Of a stretch of 64,000 nt of DNA, positions 1-10,531 are shown one piece after another. The notes below the pieces were generated by a model, which saw nothing but the letters and a program-made list of their open reading frames with translations, did not search any database and was not told the origin of the DNA. Where the stretch lies: positions 54,072 through 118,071 of the forward strand of contig JBBQLI010000001.1 in NCBI GenBank assembly GCA_038327765.1. The letters run 5' to 3'. This stretch comes from Candidatus Limnocylindrales bacterium (GTDB lineage Bacteria; Chloroflexota; Limnocylindria; Limnocylindrales; CSP1-4). Position 1 is the stretch's first letter. Each line of letters begins with the position of its first letter. The position numbers and the translations under genes are program-made.

Positions 1-87
1 GGTCAGCCGGCCGACCTCACCGAGATCATGCTGCCCCAGGCCGGCGAAGATCGGCACCTTCGAGAGCATCGCGAGCTTGTGATCCAT
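1..87 (-). CDS. cyclic nucleotide-binding domain protein, N-terminal fragment (gene continues beyond window start)
   Basis: Reverse strand reads ATG(85-87) MDHKLAMLSKVPIFAGLGQHDLGEVGRLT, a classic start of a cNMP-binding/Crp-type domain. AAGGAGG Shine-Dalgarno about 10 nt upstream. Not in the ORF track because it is truncated by the window edge. Confidence 0.45.
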   Translation of the reverse strand, partial: MDHKLAMLSKVPIFAGLGQHDLGEVGRLT

Positions 88-190
88 GTGCTGACGACCT
101 CCTTGACCTGCGACGGTCGGCGCAGCATACGCGGTCGACACGAGCGCCGGAGCCCGACGGCTGGACCGGTACACTTCGAGCCCCGACCCG

Positions 191-1954
191 ATGCCCGAGG
201 TTCCCGCCGCGATGTCCGACGCCGTGCACCCTTACGACCGTCCATCCGATCCCGCGAAGCGCCATTCCGCTGCGCTGACCGACGGCCCCGACCGCGCGGC
301 CGCGCGCGGGATGCTCAAGGCGATCGGGTTCACCGATGAGGACCTCGCGAAGCCGCTGATCGGCGTCGGCACGACCTGGATCGAGACCATGCCGTGCAAC
401 TACAACCACCGCCGGCTGGCCGAGCGCGTCAAGGCCGGGATCCGGGCGGCGGGCGGCACGCCGATGGAGTTCAACACGATCGCGGTGAGCGACGGGGTCT
501 CCATGGGGACCGAGGGGATGAAGTCGTCCCTGGTGAGTCGCGAGGTCGTCGCGGACTCGATCGAGCTGGTCGTGCGCGGTCATCTCCTCGACGGGGTCGT
601 GTGCGTCATCGGCTGCGACAAGACCGGCCCGGGCGCCGCGATGGCGCTCGGCCGGATGGATGTCCCCGGCCTGATCCTGTACAGCGGGACGATCTATCCG
701 GGCACCATCCACGGCCAGCGCAATGCGACGGTCGTGAGCATCTTCGAGGCGATCGGGGCGTACCGCGCGGGCACGATCACCCAGGAGGAGCTGTACGAGG
801 TCGAGTCGCTCGCCTGCCCCGGCCCGGGGGCCTGCGGCGGTCAGTTCACCGCGAACACGATGTCGATGGCGCTCGAGTTCCTGGGGCTCTCCCCGGCCGG
901 CCTGAACGGGATCCCGGCCGACGATCCGGCCAAGGACGCGGCCGCCTATCGCTGCGGCGAGCTGGTGATGGATCTGGTCCGCGACGACCTGCAGCCATCG
1001 GCATTCGTCACTCGCGCGGCGCTCGAGGATGCCGTCGCTGCGGTCGCCGCCACGGGCGGCTCCACGAATGGCGTCCTGCACCTTCTCGCGATCGCCCACG
1101 AGTACGGGATCCCGCTGGATATCGACGAATTCGGGGCGATCGCCGATCGGACACCCATCGTGGCCGACCTTCAGCCGGGCGGCCGTTACACGGCGTCCGA
1201 CCTGTACGACGCCGGTGGCGTCGGCCTGGTCATGCGCGAGCTATTGGGGCGGCCCGGGCTCATCGATGGCACGCGCCCCACCGTCGACGGCCGCACCATC
1301 GCGCAGATCGCCGGGGACGCGGTCGCGACCGACGGCCAGAAGGTGGTCCTCCCGATCGCGACGCCGCTGAAGCCCACGGGCGGTCTGGCGATCCTGCGCG
1401 GCACGCTGGCACCGGACGGCTGCGTGGTGAAGCTCGCGGGCCACGAGCGCCGGCTCCATCGCGGTCCGGCCCGTGTCTTCGATTCGGAGACCGAGTGCTT
1501 TGCCGCGGTCCGCGACCGCCGGATCGTGCCCGGCGATGTCGTGGTCATCCGGTACGAGGGACCGGTCGGCGGCCCAGGGATGCAGGAGATGCTGAGCGTC
1601 ACCGGCGCCCTCGTCGGCGAGGGCCTGGGCGACTCGGTGGCACTCATCACCGATGGCCGCTTCTCGGGCGGCACCCATGGCCTGATGATCGGCCACATCG
1701 CACCCGAGGCCGCGCTCGGTGGCCCGATCGGGATCGTGCAGGAAGGCGACATGATCATCATCGATGTCGACCGCAAGGCACTCGACCTCGAGGTCCCAGC
1801 CGACGAGCTCGCGCGGCGGCGCGCGGCCTGGTCGCCGCCGGCCCCGCGCTACACCGGCGGCGTGCTCGCGAAATACGCCGCGCTCGTCGGGTCCGCATCG
1901 GAGGGCGCGGTGACCACCGGCCCGCGGATGACCGCGCAGCTGGGCCGCGGATGA
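191..1954 (+). CDS. ilvD: dihydroxy-acid dehydratase
   Basis: 587 aa. IlvD/EDD family signatures ([33 protein letters not shown]). Start could alternatively be the second ATG at 212. Confidence 0.9.
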   Translation: MPEVPAAMSDAVHPYDRPSDPAKRHSAALTDGPDRAAARGMLKAIGFTDEDLAKPLIGVGTTWIETMPCNYNHRRLAERVKAGIRAAGGTPMEFNTIAVSDGVSMGTEGMKSSLVSREVVADSIELVVRGHLLDGVVCVIGCDKTGPGAAMALGRMDVPGLILYSGTIYPGTIHGQRNATVVSIFEAIGAYRAGTITQEELYEVESLACPGPGACGGQFTANTMSMALEFLGLSPAGLNGIPADDPAKDAAAYRCGELVMDLVRDDLQPSAFVTRAALEDAVAAVAATGGSTNGVLHLLAIAHEYGIPLDIDEFGAIADRTPIVADLQPGGRYTASDLYDAGGVGLVMRELLGRPGLIDGTRPTVDGRTIAQIAGDAVATDGQKVVLPIATPLKPTGGLAILRGTLAPDGCVVKLAGHERRLHRGPARVFDSETECFAAVRDRRIVPGDVVVIRYEGPVGGPGMQEMLSVTGALVGEGLGDSVALITDGRFSGGTHGLMIGHIAPEAALGGPIGIVQEGDMIIIDVDRKALDLEVPADELARRRAAWSPPAPRYTGGVLAKYAALVGSASEGAVTTGPRMTAQLGRG

Positions 1955-2853
1955 GCGGCGACGTCTCGATCGGGATCAAGACGTCGCCACAGGAAGTCGA
2001 CTGGCCCACCCTGGAGGCCGCCTGGGGGCGGATCGGCGAGCACGCGGTGTTCGACAGCGTGTGGATGAACGACCATCTGACCAACCCGCTCCTGCCCCGC
2101 GCCGGGGCATCGTGGGAAGCGCTGACGGCCGTCTCGGTGCTCCTGCACCACGTCCACGGGAAGTCGGTGGGTCATGCGGTCCTGTCCGCGACGTTCCGCC
2201 ACCCGGCCGTGCTGGCAAAGGCGATCGCGCTCCTCGACCACGCGACCGGCGGCCGATTCATCCTGGGGCTGGGGGCCGGGTGGGTGGAGCCGGAACACGT
2301 GCCGTTCGGGATCCCGTTCCCGCCCATGCCCGAGCGGTTCGACCGCTTCGAGTCGGCTGTCCACGTGATCCAGGCGCTCGGATCCGCCCAGGCACGGACC
2401 GCCGCCGGCGTCACCCGGCCCGACCGCTTCTACCCGCTCGTCGGCGCCACCAACGATCCGCCGCCGCTGACGCCGGGCGGACCTCCCGTCTGGCTGGGTG
2501 GACAGAAGCCACGTGGCATGGCGCTCGCCGCGGCCGTCGCCCAGGGCTGGCTCCTGCCGGCCGTCACGCCTGACAAGGCCGCCACGGACATGACCTATTT
2601 CGCCGCGCGACGAGACGACCTGCTGGCGGCCTTCGCGGCCATCGGACGGGATCCGGCCGGGTTCACGATCGCGGCCCAGGTGCCGGCCGGCACGACCGCC
2701 GCGTCTCGTCGGGAAGGGTTGCGAGCCGCCCGCGACGCCGTCCGCATCGGCGCGACCCACGTGATCATCGGCATGCCGCCCCAGCTCGGTGCGACGGGCG
2801 TGGACCTCGTCGCCCGCGAGATCGCCGAGCCGCTGCGGGACGCCATCGGATGA
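1951..2853 (+). CDS. LLM-class flavin/F420-dependent oxidoreductase (luciferase-like monooxygenase family)
   Basis: ATG at 1951 overlaps the ilvD stop (ATGA). Product has SVWMNDHL...FRHPAVLAK...[12 protein letters not shown] motifs typical of the luciferase-like family. The track shows this frame as the 3' part of a long spurious ORF. Confidence 0.7.
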   Translation: MSGDVSIGIKTSPQEVDWPTLEAAWGRIGEHAVFDSVWMNDHLTNPLLPRAGASWEALTAVSVLLHHVHGKSVGHAVLSATFRHPAVLAKAIALLDHATGGRFILGLGAGWVEPEHVPFGIPFPPMPERFDRFESAVHVIQALGSAQARTAAGVTRPDRFYPLVGATNDPPPLTPGGPPVWLGGQKPRGMALAAAVAQGWLLPAVTPDKAATDMTYFAARRDDLLAAFAAIGRDPAGFTIAAQVPAGTTAASRREGLRAARDAVRIGATHVIIGMPPQLGATGVDLVAREIAEPLRDAIG

Positions 2854-3803
2854 GCATCGAGGTCCGGACGGCCAACACCGGCACCGACGACCTGGCGACG
2901 ATCGCCCGGATCATCACGATCGCTCGTCCTGATGATCCGACCACCGTCGACGAGATGCGCTGGAGCGATGCCACGTACCCGGGCAGCCGACGGTTCATCG
3001 GCACGCTCGACGGCGAGGACGTGGGGGTCGGGACGGTCGGCCGGATCCACGCCTATCCGCCCGAGTTCGACGCGCTCTGGGCCACGCTGGACGTCCTGGC
3101 GGGCGCGAGGCGACGCGGAGTCGGCACGGCCCTGCTCGCGACGATCAGGGCGGCGACCATCGAGGCCGGCAAGTCGGAACTCCACGTCCCGGTGTCGGAC
3201 GGCCGACCCGAGGCGGTGGCCTTCCTCCTCCGGCGCGGCTTCACCGAATACGAGCGCGCCGCGATGGTCGACCTTCGTCTCGCCGGTCTCGAGCGTCCGG
3301 CGATCGGCCTGGCTGCCGGCCTGCGGCTGGTGACGCTGGAGAGTCGACCCGACCTCGTCCCGGGCGTGCATGCCGTGGCGCTCGAAGCCTTCGACGATAT
3401 CCCCGGCGCGGACGACCCGATGGCCGCCGGTGATCTCGCCGAGTTCCGGGCCCGCGATGTCGACCGCGCCATCATCCCGTCGTGGGGCTTCGTCATGGCT
3501 GTCGACGATGTCACGGACCAGGTGGTCGGCTACGCCTCACTTGCCTTCGACCCGGGCTCGTCGACCGTCGCCTACCACGACATGACCGCGGTCCTGCGTG
3601 CGCGGCGCGGGCAGGGTGTCGCCACGGCCCTCAAGGCGGCGACGATCTCGGCCGCGATGGACCACGGCCTCGAGCGTCTCTACACGGGCAACGACGTCGA
3701 CAATGCGCCGATGCGCGCCGTGAACGCGCGCCTCGGCTATCGGCCGCTCCCGGATTGGCTCACGATGCGCGGTCCGGCGAGGCACGGCATGATGACGCCA
3801 TGA
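2850..3803 (+). CDS. GNAT-family N-acetyltransferase with two tandem acetyltransferase domains (MshD-like architecture)
   Basis: 317 aa with two R/Q-x-x-G-x-G/A acetyl-CoA motifs (RRRGVGTALL and RRGQGVATAL). ATGA overlap with the upstream gene. Confidence 0.7.
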   Translation: MSIEVRTANTGTDDLATIARIITIARPDDPTTVDEMRWSDATYPGSRRFIGTLDGEDVGVGTVGRIHAYPPEFDALWATLDVLAGARRRGVGTALLATIRAATIEAGKSELHVPVSDGRPEAVAFLLRRGFTEYERAAMVDLRLAGLERPAIGLAAGLRLVTLESRPDLVPGVHAVALEAFDDIPGADDPMAAGDLAEFRARDVDRAIIPSWGFVMAVDDVTDQVVGYASLAFDPGSSTVAYHDMTAVLRARRGQGVATALKAATISAAMDHGLERLYTGNDVDNAPMRAVNARLGYRPLPDWLTMRGPARHGMMTP

Positions 3804-4042
3804 CGGACGACAGCCGCCACCTCCCGCCCGACCCGGTCGCGTATGACGACGTTCGCAACGTCCATGCCCGGGCGCGCGGGCTGGCGGCGCCGTACATCGC
3901 CGGCGGCCGGGATCCGGACCCCGTGGCAGCCGGTCGCGAAGAGCGGTACTACGGGAAGCTTCTCGTCGGGATGGTCGCGTTCCTCATCTTCGGGGGCTTC
4001 GTGATCGGCGCCGCGATCGCCATCTTCCGGATCGGGGTTTGA
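3801..4042 (+). CDS. small membrane protein, hypothetical
   Basis: ATG at 3801 overlaps the GNAT stop (ATGA). 80 aa with a C-terminal hydrophobic helix (LLVGMVAFLIFGGFVIGAAIAIF). Confidence 0.4.
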
Positions 4043-5475
4043 GCAGGTCGACCGTGGTCCCGTCCGGCGCGACCGATGCCGCGCGCTGGAGCGATGCGCA
4101 TGACGACCTCGTTGCCACCCTGCGTGAGCTGATCAGGATCCCATCGGTCAATCCACCGCCGGCGGACGCCCCAGACGGGGAGCTGCAGGCGGCCCGCCTC
4201 ATCGCGGATCGGCTGCAGAGCTGGGGCCTGGCACCCGAGGTGATCGAGCCCGTCGCCGGGCGCGGCTCGGTCCACGTCCGTCTCCGTGGCGACGGCAGCG
4301 GCGGCGAGCCGCTCCTCCTGCTGTCCCACCTCGACGTGGTCCCGGCCCCGCCGGAGCGCTGGTCGCACGCGCCATTCGAGGCGGAGATCGCGGACGGCTA
4401 CGTCTACGGCCGTGGCGCCGTGGACATGAAGGACATGGTCGCGCTCGAGATGGGCGTGGTCCGCCTGCTTGCGGCCGAAGCGCGGGCCGCGGGCCTCGAT
4501 CCCGCCCACGACCCGATCCCCGGCCTTCGCCGCGACGTCCTGTTGACCGTGACGGCCGACGAGGAGGCCGGCGGGTCGGCCGGTGCCGGCTGGATCGTGG
4601 TGCACAGGCCCGAGTGGCTTCAGGCCGCCGGCGCCCTGAACGAATGCGGCGGCGTGTCGATGACCGTGGGCGGCCGGCGGTTCTACCCGATCCAGGTCGC
4701 GGAGAAGGGCTACATCGCCTATCGCATCGCCGTCCGGGGCACGTGGGGTCATGGGTCGATGCCTCGCGAGGACAACGCCGCGCTTCTCGCCGCCCGCGTC
4801 ATCGAGGCGGTCTCCGTCCCGGGACCCATCCGCGTGACGCCGGTCATGACCCGGTTCCTCGAGGCGGCCGCGGACGCGCTGCCCGCGGCCGCCGCCCGTA
4901 CCCTGCGGGGGCTGCTCGCGGAGGACCCGGCCCGCGCCGAGGCTGCCCTCGAGGCCATCTGCGAACCCATGTACGCGCGGGCACTCCGAGCGCTCCTGCG
5001 CGACACGGCCAGCCCCGATGTCGTCCATGCCGGGATCAAGTACAACGTGATCCCCGGCGACGCCACGATCGAAGTGGATTGCCGCGTGCTGCCCGGGATG
5101 TCCGAGCCGGACATGCGCGCCGAGCTCGAGCGACGCATCGGCCCGGAGCTCTGCGCCGTGTGCACGATCACGCTGATCGTCAAGGGCGGACCGGTCGAGT
5201 CGCCGGCGGATGGGCCGCTCTACGACATCCTGACCCAGACGCTGCGCGACCACGATCCCGAGGCCGTCCCGCTGCCCGTCATGGCGCCGATCGCCACCGA
5301 TGCGACCAGCATGGCCGTGCTGGGCGTCCCGACGTACGGCTTCGTGCCGCTCCGCAACGATGCCGACGAGCGGTTCATGGAGCGATTCCATGGTGTCGAC
5401 GAGCGGGTCTCCCTCGATGCGCTCCGGTTCGCCCTGCCCGTCCTCTACGACGTGGTTCGCCGCTTCTGCGGCTGA
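4039..5475 (+). CDS. M20 family metallopeptidase (dipeptidase/desuccinylase-like)
   Basis: 478 aa with LLSHLDVVP, GRGAVDMKD and TADEE motifs of the M20/ArgE/DapE family. Confidence 0.8.
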   Translation: MSRSTVVPSGATDAARWSDAHDDLVATLRELIRIPSVNPPPADAPDGELQAARLIADRLQSWGLAPEVIEPVAGRGSVHVRLRGDGSGGEPLLLLSHLDVVPAPPERWSHAPFEAEIADGYVYGRGAVDMKDMVALEMGVVRLLAAEARAAGLDPAHDPIPGLRRDVLLTVTADEEAGGSAGAGWIVVHRPEWLQAAGALNECGGVSMTVGGRRFYPIQVAEKGYIAYRIAVRGTWGHGSMPREDNAALLAARVIEAVSVPGPIRVTPVMTRFLEAAADALPAAAARTLRGLLAEDPARAEAALEAICEPMYARALRALLRDTASPDVVHAGIKYNVIPGDATIEVDCRVLPGMSEPDMRAELERRIGPELCAVCTITLIVKGGPVESPADGPLYDILTQTLRDHDPEAVPLPVMAPIATDATSMAVLGVPTYGFVPLRNDADERFMERFHGVDERVSLDALRFALPVLYDVVRRFCG

Positions 5476-5481
5476 CGGCAC

Positions 5482-5697
5482 TCAGCGGGGTTCGCTCGGA
5501 CCACCCTCCGGGGCCCGGACGCGGATCAGCTCATCGCACGTGGTGCAGGCGTAGAGCTGGCCATCCACCCACTCCCGCTCCGGGTCGTGGTCACTCACAT
5601 CGTGATGCGACCGCCGTCGCTCCAGCGCGCCCCAGGTCCCATCCTCATGCCGGTGTTCGATCCGGAGCAGGACCTCCGCGAGACGACTCTGATCCAT
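5482..5697 (-). CDS. small hypothetical protein (71 aa) downstream of the MarR gene
   Basis: ATG preceded by GGAGG 9 nt upstream. Contains a single CTTC motif. 46-bp gap from the MarR gene on the same strand. Confidence 0.4.
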   Translation of the reverse strand: MDQSRLAEVLLRIEHRHEDGTWGALERRRSHHDVSDHDPEREWVDGQLYACTTCDELIRVRAPEGGPSEPR

Positions 5698-5742
5698 GGT
5701 GTGACGCCTCCATGCCGTTCGGCGCGAGCGTACGCCGTCTGT

Positions 5743-6324
5743 CTACTCCTGTGGGTCGCGGGGCGTCCGGATGAGCCGCCCGCGACGGTTGATGGCATGG
5801 GTCGCGAGCGCGGCGACACCCATCGCCACGATGGCGCGCTCTGCGGTCGGGAGCGGCCGCACTGCCGACAGGAATTGGTCCGCCCTCGAGCGATCCACGA
5901 CGCGCAGGATGGCGTGCCCGCGAGGGGTCAGGCGGAGCGTCCGCTGGCGGCGATCCTCATCCTCCTGGTGGCGTTCCACGAACCGGCGCCGGACCAGACC
6001 GTCGATCAGTCGGCTGGTCGCCGACGGTGAGCGTCCGATCTCCTCCGCGAGCTCCCCGACGGTCATCGTGCTGCCGTCGGCGAGCACATAGAGGGCGGCC
6101 AGCTGGGTGAACCCAAGTCGCAACTCGCCGAGCTGGCTCGCGAACCCGATCACCAGCTCGCGCCACAACGCCCGACCCATCGCCACGCGTTCGCTGATCT
6201 GGCGGACGTTCGGGATGCGGTTCCCCGCCGCCAGCACCGGCGCCGACAGGTCGGCCTCGAACCGTCGCGCGACCGCCCGCCGGGGAACGGCGTGACGACG
6301 CGCAGGAACCGCGGATTCGCTCAC
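5743..6324 (-). CDS. MarR-family transcriptional regulator
   Basis: Winged-helix MarR core (LTPRGHAIL...). Start uncertain: TTG at 6360 in the track, GTG at 6324, or ATG at 6180. Divergent from fabD. Confidence 0.75.
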   Translation of the reverse strand: MSESAVPARRHAVPRRAVARRFEADLSAPVLAAGNRIPNVRQISERVAMGRALWRELVIGFASQLGELRLGFTQLAALYVLADGSTMTVGELAEEIGRSPSATSRLIDGLVRRRFVERHQEDEDRRQRTLRLTPRGHAILRVVDRSRADQFLSAVRPLPTAERAIVAMGVAALATHAINRRGRLIRTPRDPQE

Positions 6325-6413
6325 GCTGAAAGGGTACGGTCCCGGCAGAGGTCCGTGCAACCGTGCATGCGAATCGGGGGTGGAGCGCGACCTCCGGACT
6401 ACCCTTGACCACG

Positions 6414-7376
6414 ATGACGACGTTCGCTTATGTCTTCCCCGGCCAAGGGTCGCAGTCGGTCGGCATGGGGCACGCCGTGGCCGAGGTCTCCCCAGGTGCT
6501 GCGGCCGTGTTCGAGGCCGCGGACGCAGCCCTCGACGAGCCGATCACCCGGGTCGCGTGGGACGGACCCGCCGAGCGCCTCGACCTGACCGAGTTCGCAC
6601 AGCCGGCGATCCTTGCAACGTCGATCGCGATCCTCGCCGCGATGAGGGAGCGCTGGGCCGCCGCAGGTCTCGCCGAACCGCAGCCGCGCTTCGCCGCAGG
6701 CCACTCCATGGGCCAGTATTCCGCGCTCGTCGCTGCCGGCGCCCTCGATCTGGCCGATGGCGTGCGCCTTGCGCACACGCGCGGCCTCCTGATGCAGGCC
6801 TCCGGTGGTGGACGGGATGGATCGATGGCGGCGCTCATCGGCCTCGATGACGCCCGCATCCCCGAGGTCGTTGCGGCGGCGTCCGCGCACGGCATCTTCG
6901 TCGTCGCCAATCGCAACGCCCCGGGCCAGGTCGTGGTGTCAGGTGAGCGGGCGGCCGTCGAGGCCGGCGCCGAGATCGCCAGGAGCCTGGGCGCGAAGCG
7001 CGCCATCGTGCTGCCGGTGTCAGTGGCGGCGCACTCCCCGCTGATGGCCGGGGCCGCCGACGGGATGCGCGCCGCGCTCGCGGGCGTCGCGTTCCACGAT
7101 CCCCATCCGACGTTGCTCGCCAACGCGGACGCGACCGAGATCGCCACCGCGGACGGCTGTCGGGCTGAACTCATCGAGCACCTGACCGCCGGCGTCGACT
7201 GGGTGGGCGCCGTCGGAACGATGCGCGCCGCAGGGGTCGACACATTCATCGAGGTCGGGCCCGGCAAGGTGCTGACCGGACTCATCCGGCGCATCGCCCC
7301 CGACGCCGAGGTCATCGCCGCCGACGATCCAGCGACCGCCCAGCGCCTCCTCGAACTCGCCGCATCGCCCGTCTGA
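6414..7376 (+). CDS. fabD: malonyl-CoA:ACP transacylase
   Basis: MTTFAYVFPGQGSQ...GHSMGQYSA motifs. The track ORF starts at GTG 6363, but the conserved N-terminus begins at ATG 6414. Confidence 0.9.
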   Translation: MTTFAYVFPGQGSQSVGMGHAVAEVSPGAAAVFEAADAALDEPITRVAWDGPAERLDLTEFAQPAILATSIAILAAMRERWAAAGLAEPQPRFAAGHSMGQYSALVAAGALDLADGVRLAHTRGLLMQASGGGRDGSMAALIGLDDARIPEVVAAASAHGIFVVANRNAPGQVVVSGERAAVEAGAEIARSLGAKRAIVLPVSVAAHSPLMAGAADGMRAALAGVAFHDPHPTLLANADATEIATADGCRAELIEHLTAGVDWVGAVGTMRAAGVDTFIEVGPGKVLTGLIRRIAPDAEVIAADDPATAQRLLELAASPV

Positions 7377-7410
7377 ATCGTCCCCGCAACCCAAAGAAGG
7401 AGCCGCCAAC

Positions 7411-8685
7411 GTGCGCAGACCCGACTACGACCGACGAGTCGTGGTGACCGGCCTCGGTGTCATCAGCCCCGTCGGGAATGACGTCGATACCGCCTGGACC
7501 AACCTGCTCGAAGGTCGTTCCGGGCTCGACACCATCACCCATTTCGATCCCGCGCCCTACGAAGCCAAGCTCGCCGGCGAGGTCAAGGACTTCAGCGCAT
7601 CCGCCTGGATGGACGCGAAGGCAGCCCGACGCAGCGAGTCGAGCATGCATTTCGGCGTCGCCGCCGCCAAGCAGGCCCTGGCCGACTCCGGCTTCGAACT
7701 CACCGACGAGAACCGCACCGAGGTCGGAGTCGTCTTCGGCTCCGGCGCCGGTGGGCAGACCCTCATGATCGACAACTACGCGGCCCTCCACGAGCGTGGG
7801 ACCCGCGCCGTCGGCCCGACGTTCATCGCGAATGCCCTGGTCGACAGCTGTTCGGGGATGATCGCCATCGAGACCGGCGCGATCGGCCACAACGTGTGCA
7901 TGGTCTCGGCCTGCGCTACCGGCACGCACAACATCGGCGAGGCGGCCGAAGCGATCCGGCGCGGCGACTGCATCGCGATCATCGCGGGCTCCACCGAGGC
8001 GCCCATCCTGGAGGTCGGGCACGCCGGCTTCTCGAACATGCGCGGGATGGGCATGCCCCGCCCAGGCGAGGGACCTGCGACCGTGTCGCGGCCGTTCGAC
8101 CTCACCCGCGACGGGTTCGTGCTGGGCGAGGGTGCCGGGTCGCTCTTCCTGGAAGACCTCGAGCTCGCCAAGGCGCGTGGCGCGAAGATCTACGCGGAGG
8201 TCATCGGCTACGGCTCGGCGGCCGATGGCTGGGACATGATCCAGCCGATCGCAGCTGGCGCCGGCTCCTCCCGAGCGATGAGGATGGCGCTCGAGCGACG
8301 CGGTGTGCCCGCCGACGAGATCGACCTCATCAACCCCCACGGGACCTCCACGCCGCTCGGCGACAAGCGCGAGGCCGAGGCGATCTGGACCGTCTTCGGC
8401 CCGCGCTCGGCATCGTCGGCTCGCTCGCTCGCGATCAGCGCCACCAAGTCGATGACGGGCCACATGATGGGCGCGGCCGGCGCGTTCGAGGCGTTCGCGA
8501 CGGTCAAATCGATCGTCCACCAGGTGGTTCCCGGCACGATCAACTTCCGCGAGCCGGACCCCGAGGCCGATGTGTGGGTCATCAGCGAGACGCAGGACCT
8601 GCCGATCCGCTACGGGCTCTCGAACAACATCGGTCTGGGCGGCCACAACGGCGCCGTCATCTTCAAGCGCTACGACGGGGACTGA
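7411..8685 (+). CDS. fabF: beta-ketoacyl-ACP synthase II (KasA/FabF-like)
   Basis: 424 aa. KAS active-site Cys in SACATG, with HGTSTPLGD and GHMMGAAG motifs. GTG start with AAGAAGGAG upstream. Confidence 0.9.
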   Translation: MRRPDYDRRVVVTGLGVISPVGNDVDTAWTNLLEGRSGLDTITHFDPAPYEAKLAGEVKDFSASAWMDAKAARRSESSMHFGVAAAKQALADSGFELTDENRTEVGVVFGSGAGGQTLMIDNYAALHERGTRAVGPTFIANALVDSCSGMIAIETGAIGHNVCMVSACATGTHNIGEAAEAIRRGDCIAIIAGSTEAPILEVGHAGFSNMRGMGMPRPGEGPATVSRPFDLTRDGFVLGEGAGSLFLEDLELAKARGAKIYAEVIGYGSAADGWDMIQPIAAGAGSSRAMRMALERRGVPADEIDLINPHGTSTPLGDKREAEAIWTVFGPRSASSARSLAISATKSMTGHMMGAAGAFEAFATVKSIVHQVVPGTINFREPDPEADVWVISETQDLPIRYGLSNNIGLGGHNGAVIFKRYDGD

Positions 8686-8762
8686 CGGACGGTCCCTGGC
8701 CGCGGCGGCATCGTCCGCCGCGGTCGGTACAATCGCGCAGCGCCAACGCTTGAGGAACCAAC

Positions 8763-10031
8763 GTGCCTGAACGCGATCCTGCCCGCCGTGCCGTCCTGAC
8801 CGGGCTCGGTGCCGTCATGCCCATCGGCAACGACTTCCCGACCTACTGGTCGAACCTGGTCGCGGGGGTCACGGGCACACGCCTGATCACGAGCTTCGAC
8901 GCCTCCGCGCACGAGGTGAAGATCGCGGCCGAGGTGCTGGACTTCGATCCGACCACGGTCATGGACGCCAAGATGGCCCGGAGGATGAGCCGCTTCATCC
9001 ATCTCGCGATGGGCGCCGGCAAGGAGGCCGTGCGCGACTCCGGCATCGACTTCGCGGCGATGGACCAGGACCAGCGCGACCGCGTGGGCGTGGTCGTGAA
9101 CACGGGCGGCGGCGGCATCGAGGCCATCATCGACGGCACCCACATCCAGGACACCAAGGGTCCGCGCTTCGTCAGCCCGTTCGCCGTCCCGGCCCTCTCG
9201 GGTTCGATGGCGGCATGCATGCTCTCCATGGAGTACGGCCTGACCGGCCCCGTGATCACCCAGGTGGCCGCCTGCGCGACGTCGGTCATCGCGTTCCACG
9301 ACGCGCTGCGGCTCATCAGGACCGGCGAATGCGACGTGGTCCTGACCGGCGGCTCCGAGGCACCGATCGTGCCCATGGGCATCGCCGCGCTCGGCAACAT
9401 GACGGCGCTCTCGAAGCGGAACGACGACCCGGCGACCGCCTCGCGGCCGTTCGACCTGACGCGCGACGGGTTCGTGCTCGGCGAAGGTGCCGGCGTGGTC
9501 GTCGTGGAGTCGCTGGCCCATGCGCAGGAGCGCGGCGCGACGATCCTGGCCGAGATCCTCGGCGGCGCGCTGACCGCCGATGCATTCCACATCAGCGCCC
9601 CGGATCCGTCGGGCCGCGGCCAGGCCCGCGCGATGACCTCGGCACTGCGCAATGCCGAGGTCGCCCCGGACGAGATCGACTACATCGTGGCGCACGGGAC
9701 GTCGACCTCGCTCAACGACGTGACCGAGACGCGGGCGATCAAGGCCGCCTACGGCGAGCATGCCTACAAGGTGGCGATCAGCTCCCCGAAGTCGATGATC
9801 GGGCACCTCGTCGGCGCAGCCGGCATCGCCAGCGTCCTGGCGGGTGTCGGTGCGATCCGCGACCAGATCATCCCGCCGACGGCGAACCTCCATACGCCTG
9901 ACCCGGAGTGCGATCTCGACTACGTGCCGTTGACAGCGCGGGCCGCGAAGATCGAGACCGTCGCGATCGACGGGTTCGGCTTCGGCGGGCAGAACGCCGT
10001 GGCGATCTTCCGCCGGTTCACGGACGCCTGA
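8763..10031 (+). CDS. fabF: beta-ketoacyl-ACP synthase II, second paralog (KasB-like)
   Basis: 422 aa with AACATS, HGTSTSLND and GHLVGAAG motifs. Tandem to the first KAS as in kasA-kasB. Confidence 0.9.
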   Translation: MPERDPARRAVLTGLGAVMPIGNDFPTYWSNLVAGVTGTRLITSFDASAHEVKIAAEVLDFDPTTVMDAKMARRMSRFIHLAMGAGKEAVRDSGIDFAAMDQDQRDRVGVVVNTGGGGIEAIIDGTHIQDTKGPRFVSPFAVPALSGSMAACMLSMEYGLTGPVITQVAACATSVIAFHDALRLIRTGECDVVLTGGSEAPIVPMGIAALGNMTALSKRNDDPATASRPFDLTRDGFVLGEGAGVVVVESLAHAQERGATILAEILGGALTADAFHISAPDPSGRGQARAMTSALRNAEVAPDEIDYIVAHGTSTSLNDVTETRAIKAAYGEHAYKVAISSPKSMIGHLVGAAGIASVLAGVGAIRDQIIPPTANLHTPDPECDLDYVPLTARAAKIETVAIDGFGFGGQNAVAIFRRFTDA

Positions 10032-10521
10032 GCGACCGACCCTCGTACGTCTCGATCGCGGCGATGTGCGCCGCCGACAGGGCGACCGGCCGCGCCGTCG
10101 CATAGTCGTAACGAACCAGCACGGATTCGCTCAGCGCGACCAGGCCGGGCGCGGACCCGGGTAGTCCGGCGAGCAGGCGATGCTCCAGCGTGAATGACGA
10201 GCGACCGATCCGGGTCGCGCGCGTCTCGACCTCGACGATCTGGCCGTGGAACGCGGGTGCGCGATAGGTGATGCGCGCTTCGGCGAGGATGAGGCTCTCG
10301 GCACCCTCCGTCCCCGGCGCGATGGGCTCGCCCGTGACGTCGGTCCAGTACTGGATCCGAGCGATCTCGCAGTAGGTCAGGTAGACCGCGTTGTTGACGT
10401 GGCCCATCGCGTCGGTGTCTGCGAAGCGGATCGCGATCGTGACGCGATGGGGGAAGTCGCCCGCAACGTCATACGGATCGAGTCCGTCGCGAGGACGCGC
10501 GTGCGGATGCGGGTGGGTCAC
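10018..10521 (-). CDS. hotdog-fold acyl-CoA thioesterase (4HBT/YbgC-like)
   Basis: FADTDAMGHVNNAVYLTYCE motif. 14-bp convergent overlap with the KAS gene. Start chosen at GTG; the track shows TTG at 10539. Confidence 0.7.
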   Translation of the reverse strand: MTHPHPHARPRDGLDPYDVAGDFPHRVTIAIRFADTDAMGHVNNAVYLTYCEIARIQYWTDVTGEPIAPGTEGAESLILAEARITYRAPAFHGQIVEVETRATRIGRSSFTLEHRLLAGLPGSAPGLVALSESVLVRYDYATARPVALSAAHIAAIETYEGRSLRRP

Positions 10522-10531
10522 GGGACCGAGT

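Noticed and set aside
394-2853. 819-aa ORF in a frame overlapping ilvD
   Set aside because: Arg/Gly/Pro low-complexity translation typical of out-of-frame high-GC DNA. Only its last 300 codons (1951-2853, the LLM oxidoreductase) are real.
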